The notes beneath the pieces were generated by a model. That model did not search any database. It saw only the letters and a program-made list of their open reading frames with translations, and had not been told where the DNA came from. A stretch of DNA of 40,899 nucleotides from assembly GCA_000934665.2 (NCBI GenBank), contig JYFJ02003487.1, forward strand, positions 1 to 40,899, given 5' to 3'. Every line of letters begins with the position of its first letter. Position 1 is the first letter of the stretch. Position numbers and translations under genes: made by a program. Of this stretch, positions 33,901 through 40,899 are shown piece by piece. This DNA comes from Catajapyx aquilonaris (taxonomy: Eukaryota).

Positions 33901-36161
33901 CTTTCTCGCACAGCTCGCACTCTTATCACTTCGATTTGCACGTCTGCCGCAGCGGAAAATGTCACTAGCAGTATGACGGAATTAATGTCCAGCACTGTAC
34001 AGTAGCACAATTAAAACCTGTGAATAGCTCGTCTCTGTGGTGTCTAGGATCATTTTCTTATTATCCGGCGACACCCGTGCAGTCATTAGCCCGGATAATC
34101 GGGAGGACAGTGTAATGCCAGGGTATTGGGCCACCGTGTGTTGTATTGCAAGTTACATGTATTTTCATTTTCTCCGTAGCAAAATGCCAATCGTATTGTG
34201 ATAATGAATGGCCCTGCGTGAAGAAGAGGCAGTGCAAGGAAGAGGAAAACCCGTGCCTCTTGTGTGGCGCCGTAGATCAACCCTCCTGTCATCATGACGT
34301 TTGCCTCAAGGCATGTCCGTGCGGAACCCGTGCACCATACAGTAATTGCACGGAGTACGCCAATGTTAGTGCGTGCAAAGAAGGGTGCGCCAAACTCCAC
34401 GAACCGTGCTATTCGTGGTGCGCCAAGCTAGGGGCCATGAAAGCCAGATGCCTGAATGACTGTGATGACAACAGGGACTTGTGCGACGACATGTGCGATT
34501 ACCAAATGAGAACCTGCGACAAGATGTGCAAGGAATGCGAAAAGACATGCAATGAGTGTATCAAAGAGGGCTGCGATGCATCGGAGCTGCCGTGCATCGA
34601 GGGCAACTGCTGGGAACAATCGCGTTATGGACTCAGCATACCTTCCAGCGGAGCAAATCTGCCGGATTGCAAAAAAGTGATGAATCCATTCATACCTTAC
34701 GATGGACCCGATGAAAAATGCGTGATCAAGGCAGGGAACTGCGAGGCAGGAGAAACCCCCTGCAACGTGGATCAATGCAGAGAGAAGGACGCAAACTGCA
34801 GGCGCTTAGAGGGTGCGAATTCGCCAAAGCGATATTGCAATCTGGACGAGATGCCGTGCACCCCTAGCTGCGTGACCCGCGCTTGCGGACAGAGACAGTG
34901 CAACGCCACCGAGATTGAGATTCCCTGTGCCCTGGAGCCAGTTCCGTGCGCATATCTTGAGGCACCATGCTATCACACTGGCGAAGGTAACGAAACCTAC
35001 CAGCTTCCCTGCCGCCTGGGCCAGATTCCGTGTGTGATGGGACTTGAATGCATGATGAAAAAAGAAAGTCCTTGCACCATATGCGGGAGGAAAGGCCATC
35101 CCGACTGCAAAGACGTAGTGAAGCCGTGTAGCCGTCTCAACGAGGTGCCATGCAGACGGCCGGAAGCGTGCATGGAAGGAGAAACACCATGCGAGGGGCT
35201 GGCCTGCAAGGGCCATTTGCCTTGCCTGAAGGCACGTCTGTGCGATTATGAAGAGAGGCAGTGTGTCCCGTGCGGCCGCACAGGAGAACCACCATGCGAT
35301 TGGATGACCTGCAAGCGGTTGTGCAAATCGGAGCGATGCCGGAGTGATTGTGAGGTTTGCCACACGTGCGACAACGGCGAGGTCCCATGCACCCCGAGGT
35401 TGCACTGTCACACCAGGAAATGCGCACAACTTTACCCAGATTGTGACTTTGATAGTGCTGCATGCAAGAAGTGCGAGCAGATGAAGAGGTGGTGCCAATG
35501 GAGAGGGGATAAGCCCTGCTACGATCATCCCGACTGCAAGTATTGGGACCAGCCTGGGTGCAAAGGACGAGCCCCATGCTTTGGGACCAAGCCTTGCGCA
35601 TATCCCAGGTTGTGCGAGCCCCAGGAGTATCCCTGCGTGCTTTGCGGAGTCCCAGGCCATCCTCCATGCACCACCTGTGAGAGGGCTTGCAACATTCACG
35701 AACTTCCGTGTAATCGAACTCAGGTGTGCACGTTCCTCACGCCGTGCACCATATGCGACAGACCAGGCTATGAGAATGTGCCGTGCTCTAGTATCCTGCC
35801 ACCCGACCGTCCTTGCGACATCAGCGAGTTGCCGTGTGAGCTGGAGAAGGTTTGCGAGCACTTGGAAGAAGTACCTTGCGTGGAGTGTGACTGGCCAGGG
35901 TTCCCAGACTGTGATCAAGTAAAGATTCCGGATCGGCCGTGCAAGCCCAGAGAGTTGCCTTGCGCGAAGAGGGGAGTGCCTGACAGCCTGGTGAACGCCA
36001 CCGTATCCAGATACAACTATGTGCAGACCATGAGGCCCAAGCGGTATGCCCCGTACGTCACAGTCCAGGATCCGACGAGCGCCACTGGCCGGATGAGGGC
36101 TTTGTGTTGGGACATGGCCTTGACCTTAGCCTCTGTCGCTTTCTATCTTCTGCTGGAGTGA
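1429..36161 (+). CDS. Large mosaic cell-surface protein, 5'-partial, 28 exons: ADAM10/17-like pseudo-metalloprotease, partial disintegrin, Cys-rich repeats, 11 CTLDs, Cys-rich repeats, GPI-like signal
   Basis: Manual join: 1429-1647, 1922-2083, 2978-3092, 6061-7166, 11687-11851, 12088-12324, 12397-12552, 12637-12852, 14777-14941, 15181-15408, 15842-16018, 18266-18493, 18569-18721, 19143-19367, 19440-19595, 19676-19711, 19940-20164, 20242-20397, 20727-20951, 21024-21179, 21544-21768, 21841-21999, 22082-22306, 28918-29082, 29314-29571, 29644-29796, 29879-30100, 34180-36161. All are AG/GT-bounded, stop-free and phase-matched (all phase 1 except the phase-2 junction 3092/6061). 7895 nt in total. 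Confidence 0.75.
1922..2083 (+). CDS. Exon: ADAM10/17-like Met-turn, end of the metalloprotease domain, start of the disintegrin domain
   Basis: ctttcag|AT...AATG|gtaagt, 162 nt, phase 1-1. [30 protein letters not shown]...[13 protein letters not shown] matches the ADAM10 pattern GNYIM...SG...NN.KFSxCS...CF...CGNG. Confidence 0.85.
2440..2481 (+). mobile_element. Probable Helitron 3' terminus
   Basis: gcgagcgaagcgcatggttttCTAG-t: degenerate GC hairpin followed by CTAG|T. Confidence 0.5.
2978..3092 (+). CDS. Exon: disintegrin domain N-terminal part
   Basis: ttgacag|GG...AT|gtgagt. Reads [47 protein letters not shown] signature of ADAM disintegrin domains. Too short for the ORF track. Confidence 0.88.
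3190..3450 (+). pseudogene. Decayed mariner transposase C-terminal fragment
   Basis: [47 protein letters not shown] resembles [23 protein letters not shown]. Confidence 0.7.
3600..3823. mobile_element. MITE, about 224 bp
   Basis: TIRs gtttaatataaaagtcttcgcca / tggcggagacttttctattaaac. Confidence 0.7.
3878..3948. repeat. (TAT)n microsatellite
   Basis: Perfect trinucleotide run of about 23 units. Confidence 0.98.
4250..4973. mobile_element. pogo/Tigger-like non-autonomous element
   Basis: TA-cagtgaaacc...ggtttcactg-TA, with subterminal aggtttccgcta repeats. Confidence 0.8.
5061..5695. mobile_element. Foldback-type MITE
   Basis: Diverged inverted arms at about 5061-5228 and 5520-5695. Confidence 0.75.
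6061..7166 (+). CDS. Exon: first Cys-rich ExPC repeat region
   Basis: Within ORF 6017-7198. The phase-2 acceptor ttgcag| fits the 3092 donor, giving [17 protein letters not shown] (compare ADAM10 CKLKPGKQCSPSQGPCC). An alternative in-phase acceptor exists at 6012. Phase-1 donor A|gtaagt. Confidence 0.85.
8425..8800 (+). mobile_element. PIF/Harbinger 5' end with transposase N-terminal relic
   Basis: TTA|ggcccgtattcataat terminus; [17 protein letters not shown]..(frameshift)..[23 protein letters not shown] is HARBI1-like. Confidence 0.75.
8801..9110. mobile_element. MITE with long TIRs
   Basis: tgtgccattcatgtagcagctac..catcgaaaatattagctgccaatagcagcata, with its reverse complement at 9048-9110. 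Confidence 0.75.
9503..9562. repeat. Perfect 60-bp palindrome
   Basis: tggccacttttgatctcagacccatcacta|tagtgatgggtctgagatcaaaagtggcca. Confidence 0.95.
9807..9923. repeat. Small inverted-repeat element
   Basis: Imperfect arms of about 46 bp. Confidence 0.6.
10055..10624. mobile_element. Young MITE with near-perfect TIRs of about 202 bp
   Basis: 10055-10256 versus 10423-10624: one substitution and one indel seen. Confidence 0.9.
10960..11160 (+). mobile_element. mariner 3' remnant
   Basis: [27 protein letters not shown], then a TIR-like ttttgaacaccccgcg-TA. Confidence 0.7.
11197..11360 (+). mobile_element. tRNA-derived SINE, degenerate
   Basis: A-box-like gtggtgaccgagatggt and B-box ggttcaatccc; no intact cloverleaf. 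Confidence 0.7.
11687..12324 (+). CDS. CTLD 1 (exon A1 11687-11851 + B1 12088-12324)
   Basis: [24 protein letters not shown] / MWIGL..WSDG..C..LKDNNC..FACE. Confidence 0.9.
12397..12852 (+). CDS. CTLD 2 (exon C1 12397-12552 + D1 12637-12852)
   Basis: [23 protein letters not shown] / VWIGLHY..WTDG..KPN..C..WNNLLC..FVCK. Confidence 0.9.
12861..13907 (+). mobile_element. 5'-truncated LINE with C-terminal CCHC motif and (AAAT)n tail
   Basis: [29 protein letters not shown]; tail at about 13882-13907. Confidence 0.85.
13908..14495 (+). mobile_element. LINE reverse transcriptase fragment (R1/LOA-like), decayed
   Basis: [24 protein letters not shown]; contains stops and frameshifts. Confidence 0.8.
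14777..15408 (+). CDS. CTLD 3 (exon A2 14777-14941 + B2 15181-15408)
   Basis: [22 protein letters not shown] / MWIGL..WSDG..FICE; canonical splice sites. Confidence 0.9.
15474..15838 (+). mobile_element. Helentron/DINE-1-like non-autonomous element
   Basis: Absent from paralogous introns. Subterminal IR tagactttttc/gaaaaagtcta, (ctgt)n microsatellite, 3' stem-loop aatcac..gtgatt, ends tcttgtt within a T run. Confidence 0.7.
15842..18493 (+). CDS. CTLD 4, hybrid (exon C2 15842-16018 + B3 18266-18493)
   Basis: C-type N-half containing an in-frame 21-nt duplication, joined to a B-type C-half across an intron with a ~1.9 kb insertion. Confidence 0.8.
16245..18155. mobile_element. Composite ~1.9 kb intronic insertion including a TIR element at 17281-17965 (possibly Kolobok-like)
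   Basis: Absent from paralogous introns; TIR taatggggaactagcctt / aaggctagttccccatta. Confidence 0.65.
18569..19367 (+). CDS. CTLD 5, hybrid (exon C3 18569-18721 + B4 19143-19367)
   Basis: [15 protein letters not shown] / MWIGL..WSDG..FVCE; acceptor shifted 3 nt (taatag|). Confidence 0.85.
18958..19003. mobile_element. 46-bp hAT-type micro-element
   Basis: 19-bp TIRs (18/19 match), 8-bp target-site duplication (TSD) attctgat, empty site in paralogous introns. Confidence 0.9.
19440..20164 (+). CDS. CTLD 6, hybrid (exon C4 19440-19595 + putative micro-exon 19676-19711 + B5 19940-20164)
   Basis: [18 protein letters not shown] / [12 protein letters not shown] / VWTGL..FICE. Confidence 0.8.
20242..20951 (+). 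CDS. CTLD 7, hybrid (exon C5 20242-20397 + B6 20727-20951)
   Basis: CTLD cysteines and WIGL motif intact; phase 1-1 exons. Confidence 0.85.
21024..21768 (+). CDS. CTLD 8, hybrid (exon C6 21024-21179 + B7 21544-21768)
   Basis: CPPDW..SCYYF / MWIGL..WTD..VACK; phase 1-1 exons. Confidence 0.85.
21841..22306 (+). CDS. CTLD 9 (exon C7 21841-21999 + D2 22082-22306)
   Basis: [18 protein letters not shown] / VWIGLHY..FVCK. One conserved Cys is replaced by Tyr. Confidence 0.85.
23625..24446 (+). CDS. gag: Gypsy Gag-like protein
   Basis: Intact 273-aa [46 protein letters not shown]. Confidence 0.9.
   Translation: MMAPPRTSAATAPVKIPPFWPEDPQLWFAQVEAQFAVRGITAEKARFDHVLASLAPEVATQVRDIIMHPPSTEQYTALKGALISCTTVSESQCLQQLLRDMDLGDQRPSQLLRRFEQLYDRQLNEEPIFRELFLQKLPQQVRLVLAATPEQSLNQLAAMADKLTDAVQLPSASSAAAVAIPAAEGQPPAADTSGLEELRSNVAALTAAVQKLAAGHRRPTRIRPAARPKPSPAPVRAAAQQAGDQTICWYHAEFAENARICRQPCSFMMGNDN
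24431..27557 (+). pseudogene. pol: Gypsy pol, with frameshifts near 24630, 24990, 25740 and 26760 and a stop at 27312
   Basis: PR, RT, RH and IN are spread across several ORF fragments. Confidence 0.9.
28918..29571 (+). CDS. CTLD 10 (exon A3 28918-29082 + B8 29314-29571)
   Basis: [13 protein letters not shown] / [19 protein letters not shown]. Confidence 0.88.
29644..30100 (+). CDS. CTLD 11 (exon C8 29644-29796 + D3 29879-30100)
   Basis: CPTHW..SCFYF / VWIGYYY..WNEGEPD..FVCK; phase-1 donor G|gtacgg. Confidence 0.9.
30314..31223 (-). mobile_element. Internally deleted mariner
   Basis: TIRs of about 72 bp, TA TSD. HTH N-terminus ([20 protein letters not shown]) and [24 protein letters not shown] are present; the central part is deleted. 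Confidence 0.95.
32350..33447. mobile_element. Merlin-like TIR element
   Basis: TIRs ggataagctattgtttatccgcac / gtgcggataaacgatagactttcc; 8-bp TSD taacgtta. Superfamily inferred from GG termini and TSD length only. Confidence 0.65.
33035..33279 (-). mobile_element. tRNA-derived SINE
   Basis: Minus strand gggagacggagtggcgccgcggt...ggttcgatccc (A and B boxes), followed by a non-tRNA body. Confidence 0.75.
33723..33997. mobile_element. Palindromic Tc1-type MITE
   Basis: TA-cagtgttggacattaat...attaatgtccagcactg-TA; empty site in the paralogous intron near 22522. Confidence 0.9.
34180..36161 (+). CDS. Terminal exon: second Cys-rich ExPC region and GPI-anchor-like C-terminus
   Basis: Within ORF 34146-36161. 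Phase-1 acceptor ttttcattttctccgtag|. Ends ...[29 protein letters not shown], i.e. small residues, a spacer and a hydrophobic tail with no cytoplasmic segment. Confidence 0.88.
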
Positions 36162-38799
36162 TGACGGAACAGTCATCAAAACACCCAAGCGTCACATAAG
36201 TTCCTACTTGTCACCCACAAGCTTGTGATGCTGTGTTAGCCATTGAAACCTACATTTCACGTAATTGCTCCATTCAGGGTATACAGTAACATAATTATAC
36301 TGTATTTTTAACCCAATCTAAAGATTTCAAAATGCCCATTTGCTGAGTGGGGACAAATTCAGTTGTTCAGTGAGATGAGCGAGCATTGTCTTACATTGTG
36401 CAAGAGTGTATGAGTTCAATCAATATAATAGTCTAGATTAGTTAGCATCTCTGCACATTTTTGTGTTTGCAATTTTTTGTGAAGTGATAAGCAGGTCACA
36501 GTGTACTCTGAGCAAACTCCTGTATTCCCTTGGTATGATTACAAAAAGCAACAACTATAGCCATCCTTCTGATTACAGTACATACCAATCTCTTAATTAC
36601 CTCTTCTCTTTTATATCTAGAAAATTGAATGGTTGACAGCTGAGCAGGTGACGAGAGGGATGGTGCGGAGATAGTAGATTTTAAACCCTAACTGTCTCAA
36701 TTAATTACGATCTCCTCTTAACCTTGGCTTTGACGCTGTGATGAAAGCCCTGCCAGCTGATTTTTTTTCTAAACTTTTCGTTGGAGTTGTATCCTAAACG
36801 TAATAAAATTTGACCATTCCATGTTAACGAAGAACACTACTTATTTGAACCTTGGCCACATTCTTTGATCCAGAACAAAATAAGCCTACAGGAAATATTA
36901 TGTCACTGACAATCCACGAGCAGTTACCCTATACTGAGAAGCACGCCACTGATTGGCTGCACTTTCTGGTGAGTTGTTTAGCGCAATGTTTCCTTTGATA
37001 CCAGCGGGGCCAACTGACACCCTTTTTGTGTGTAGCAGTGTGGTTACAATTCACTTGTAAGCCTCATTTCCAGGTTGAGTTACACAATTGAGGTCAGTTG
37101 GAGATCTCTTCCTCAATGCAATGATTGTATGTACGAGTACTGTAAGAAGGAAACGGCATTCTACTAACTTTATTGGTCATTCCGTGGCTTCCATTGACGA
37201 CTCCATTTAGTAACTCATATAATGACCCATTCATTTTGTTTTCGATTTGTTTTTGACCTCGGAGCAGTTAAAAAACCAAAATCCTACGTACCGGTACTTG
37301 AAAAGTGCCCATTTGAATTTTGACGTACAGCGAGCGGTGACGGTTCGCTAAAAATGTTCCAAGCCTGTTTTCATCTGTGGTGATGACAGGTGTACAAGTT
37401 TCCTCAAGATCAATACAGGAAGCGGTGTACAGAACTGCGGCTATTTTTCAACTTTCGTGATCAAGTTACACCTCCTCCTTTTGCATAATGCATCGCATGC
37501 ACGCTTTGTCATTATTATACACTTTTAAAAATACGGACAAGTTGAACACCTTGGCAATGGCCTTGTTACCTCACTCTTCCTTAACATATTCGATTGACGT
37601 GCATGATTTTTAGGAGCGTCAACATGCAGGGTTTCGTCATAATAATAATAATTCAACCATTGAGATCCATAAGAGAGACGCTGATCCTTCAGTATGTGCG
37701 TGTCGTTATATGCACCCAGTACATTTGCGATCTAATTACGAATAATTTGGCTCTAAAATGTACACATCATGACGCAGCAAGCTTAACATATAGGTTAAGT
37801 AAGGGCAAAGCTTTCTGTCGTTATTTTTATTATAATCATCGTTGTCAGAATTATAATAATAATTATTTTGAACATAGTCTTACGAGGGTCGCATCTTCCA
37901 GGTTAACCTTCCATGCAAACATTTGCAGCTTTAATTTTAAACCTTCATGATTCACAAACTATGTAACATACCATAGTTACTCTCATTTAATTTTGTAAAT
38001 TTTTGCAATAAGATGTGATGTACTACAAGTACTTGTATTTAGGTGTACATGTGTTCATCACGAAAGTACAGGTTTACACAAATGCTCTGTACTGTTGTGC
38101 ACCCCAATAATGTAATGGAAGTTGATGGCCAAATTAATACCGCAATTACTGAATTGTCTACGAAGAATAAGAGGAAATAATATTGAGGACGTGACACGGA
38201 ATTTTCGCATATTTGAATCCGAGATAACTATTTATTTTAGGACATCATCCATTGTATTTACACTTTTAAGACAATACTCATCATACTAATGTATACTCAT
38301 GTCCTTTTTGTGGCGAAGTTATTCTCTTCCAAATCCGGCATCACAATTTATTATTGCACCAATAATAATTTATTCACGTGGTTTTTGTACTTGGCAGATT
38401 ATTATGCCCTCAACCCGAATGCAAATGGAAAAAAAGAGAGTGAGTGTATAGAAACTCCTGAAGAATCTGCTAAGGATAATGCTGTGGTTCGATTAAACAA
38501 TTTCCTTCTGATTGATTTTCCATGTGATATTATTCCCCATTTTCTGCAAGGTTAAACACGTGCATGACAATAACAATAAGCGAAATGTGAGTACCAAACG
38601 GAACAATTTTATTCGTGCAGTCGGGTCAAACCCCTATACATCATTAAGAGTAAGGATCATCGGAGCAACACCATCTGAAGTGCTGGATTGCCGCCATGCA
38701 GAGAGATGAGAGCCCTGCTAAGTATATCACAGAAATCAGTTCAATATGTTGGCCGAATAAGTAATGGATTGTGGTCCTTACCTGATCGATGATGATAAT

Positions 38800-39045
38800 T
38801 TAACGGCCGTAGTAGCCGTAGCCCAGGCCGTATCCTCCGAGGCCGCCGTAGTACCCGCCGTAGCCTCCGTACAGGCCGTGTCCGCCGTAGTAGTACTGGG
38901 GGTTGGCCAGGGTCACGGTGGCCAGGATGGCCAGAACCAGAAGAACCTATTTAGATCACACAAGGATGATGATGATGATAATCCCCCTGCTTAAGTCATC
39001 AAAACAATTAAAAATGAAGTTAATCCAACTTACCAGATACATCAT
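38800..39045 (-). CDS. Small secreted Gly/Tyr-rich peptide, 52 aa (exons 39034-39045, 38800-38946)
   Basis: MMYL|VLLVLAILATVTLANPQYYYGGHGLYGGYGGYYGGLGGYGLGYGYYGR*. Signal peptide, GT-AG intron, TATA box upstream, AATAAA at 38608-38613 (minus strand). Confidence 0.92.
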
Positions 39046-39137
39046 CTTGCTTGATTAACTCTACGACGGACGTTCGGGGTTTGTTGATTATAAAAAGGGT
39101 TTGAGAACACTGTGCCTTTTTCGGTGTCCGTTGCCAG

Positions 39138-39176
39138 TATTTATACTGGCCGCCGCCTCTTGTTGCTAACGCCCTT
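39138..39176 (-). promoter_or_regulatory. TATA box plus conserved upstream motif of the first Gly/Tyr peptide gene
   Basis: TATAAATA (minus strand) at 39138-39145; ttgctaacgccctt at 39163-39176 is shared with the paralog. Confidence 0.75.
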
Positions 39177-40061
39177 CGCTATCTGCTGCACCCTCAGGCC
39201 TCCTGGCCTTGGCTTTTCTCCATGCACCTGGAATCTGTTATTTTATTCCCTCCTCCTTTTTTATGTATACATATTATATTTATGTACACAGAGAGAGAGA
39301 GAGAGGCGGTAGTTTCGCGGGATAATAATAATTTCGCACATTTGCCATTCGGGGGCAGAGGTTGCACCAGTAGGAAGGAATAAGGAAACATTTTCCTGAT
39401 GGAAAATAACATTTTCCTGAAGAACGCGAAAGTGTAAACATCAACAGCAATTTTTATCAACTATATACTTATCCACCGTATTTCATTAGGAGAATAGTTT
39501 AAAATAATTAGAGAGAAAAGTGTTACTTCCCATCAAACGCTTATTGGCACAACTTGGAAAAAGACACGCAACACGACCACCAAATTTGGCACCGAGGTTT
39601 TGCAACCTTTTTGCAATATTTTCGCCTCATTAAATCTAATGGGGCCCCTCACTCGTCACAAACAGTGATCATTGCCAATAACAGTTTTCACGACACGCCG
39701 AGATCAAGGCTGATGTATATCCCTTCTTTTAAAAGGTCAAGTCTCTGAAGATATACCAATGTGATCGGAAAAGCCTGTGTGGATTAAATCGGATGAGATC
39801 ATTTCTATACTATTTGCGACCACTTTGACACCGGTTCTTACGAGGAAAATATTAATGTGCCGAGGATATAAAGAAGTATAAAAGAGCACAAATCAGCGCC
39901 AATTGAACAGGTTTTATTTAGTGCATTTGAAAAAGGTCGTACACTGAAGAATCCGGATCAGAAGAGTTGGTCACAAGATGGAAGGCTAAATAAAATAAAA
40001 AGAGAAACAGCTCGTTATAGTAAAGCGAGATTATTTGCTATAAATATGGGACTCACCAGAT

Positions 40062-40278
40062 TTAACGGCCGTAGTAGCCGTAGCCGCCGTAGCCGCCGTA
40101 GCCAGCATAGCCGAGGCCATAGCCGCCATAGCCGCCATAGCTGCCGTAGTACTGAGGCACAGCCAGGCTCATGGTGGCCAGGAGGGCCAGAACCAGCATG
40201 ATCTGACCAGATAGACCATATAAATTTAAAATTTGCAAAGCCATATAATATAACGATCCAACTTACCAGATACATCAT
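40062..40278 (-). CDS. Small secreted Gly/Tyr-rich peptide paralog, 50 aa (exons 40267-40278, 40062-40202)
   Basis: MMYL|IMLVLALLATMSLAVPQYYGSYGGYGGYGLGYAGYGGYGGYGYYGR*. Same exon structure; AATAAA at 39913-39918 (minus strand). Confidence 0.92.
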
Positions 40279-40368
40279 CTTGGACTGCTACTTGTTACTG
40301 CGACAACGAGTGAGTTGATTGAATATGCTTTGTGCAAGAACTGTGTCTTCTTCAATCCAGCCAGCCTC

Positions 40369-40402
40369 TATTTATACTAAAAAGCCGATTGCTAACGCCC
40401 TT
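40369..40402 (-). promoter_or_regulatory. TATA box plus conserved upstream motif of the second Gly/Tyr peptide gene
   Basis: TATAAATA (minus strand) at 40369-40376; ttgctaacgccctt at 40389-40402. Confidence 0.75.
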
Positions 40403-40803
40403 ATTTCTCTCTGGCTGCTCCACTTCTGGGACCTCAGGCTATGACCTTCTATCGCGCAAAAGGGATATTGGCACACTATCAAGTTGCTTTGGCTGTCATC
40501 GGATGTTTGACAGCTCCATAAAATGATGGGTGTGCACCCAAAATTATGTAATTTCGCTCCATTTCCTCTTAACGCAAAAAAAACTGATCAGGTGCCACCA
40601 ATTAACTTATAATCCAAACTGCCAATTAGCCTAAGGAAAAATTATTACAGTAATTGTATGATGTGCATTCGTAAGGTTTTTATAGATTTTTAGGTTGTAT
40701 TTTTTTGACAACGTTGTCATCTCATGACCTATTTGAATATCTCACGTGGCCTTATTTCATGGTATAATATTATTCAATATATTATTTTGATTTTTATTTC
40801 CAA

Positions 40804-40899
40804 CTAGCAGGTTACCCGGCGTTGCCCGGGTATGTTGGGGTGCTGGTAAGGGGTACATATACACTATTTTAGGAAGTGTGTTTGTTTGTAAAAATTTCC
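40804..40899 (-). mobile_element. Helitron 3' end, extending out of the window
   Basis: Minus strand cccgggcaacgccggg hairpin followed by taacctgCTAG|T. Confidence 0.75.

Noticed and set aside
34146..36161. Independent keratin-associated or metallothionein-like gene
   Set aside because: There is no ATG start or signal peptide, and a strong phase-1 acceptor lies at 34179. The resemblance is compositional only.

Overview
This is eukaryotic DNA (invertebrate, probably arthropod) and is dense in transposons. Most of the window (1429-36161, + strand) can be assembled by hand into one 5'-partial gene of 28 exons, about 2,630 aa within the window, in which every splice junction is phase-compatible. 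The predicted protein runs: (i) the C-terminal half of an ADAM10/17 (Kuzbanian)-like metalloprotease domain whose zinc motif HExxHxxGxxH is replaced by [11 protein letters not shown], so it is predicted to be catalytically dead; (ii) the start of a disintegrin domain ([15 protein letters not shown]) that runs into an unfamiliar Cys-rich 'ExPC' repeat; (iii) 11 C-type lectin-like domains (CTLDs) built from phase-1 half-domain exons; (iv) a second 660-aa Cys-rich region; (v) a GPI-anchor-like C-terminus. The CTLD array keeps readable duplication scars: chimeric pseudo-exons, one possibly retained 36-nt micro-exon, and a relic of the first Cys-rich exon. Its exons are far more diverged than the neighbouring introns. 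The introns hold a young full-length Gypsy LTR element, LINE fragments, mariner, hAT, Harbinger, Merlin-like and Helentron-like elements, SINEs and many MITEs. The right end carries two tandem small secreted Gly/Tyr-rich peptide genes on the minus strand. The gene model is a manual reading without RNA evidence.
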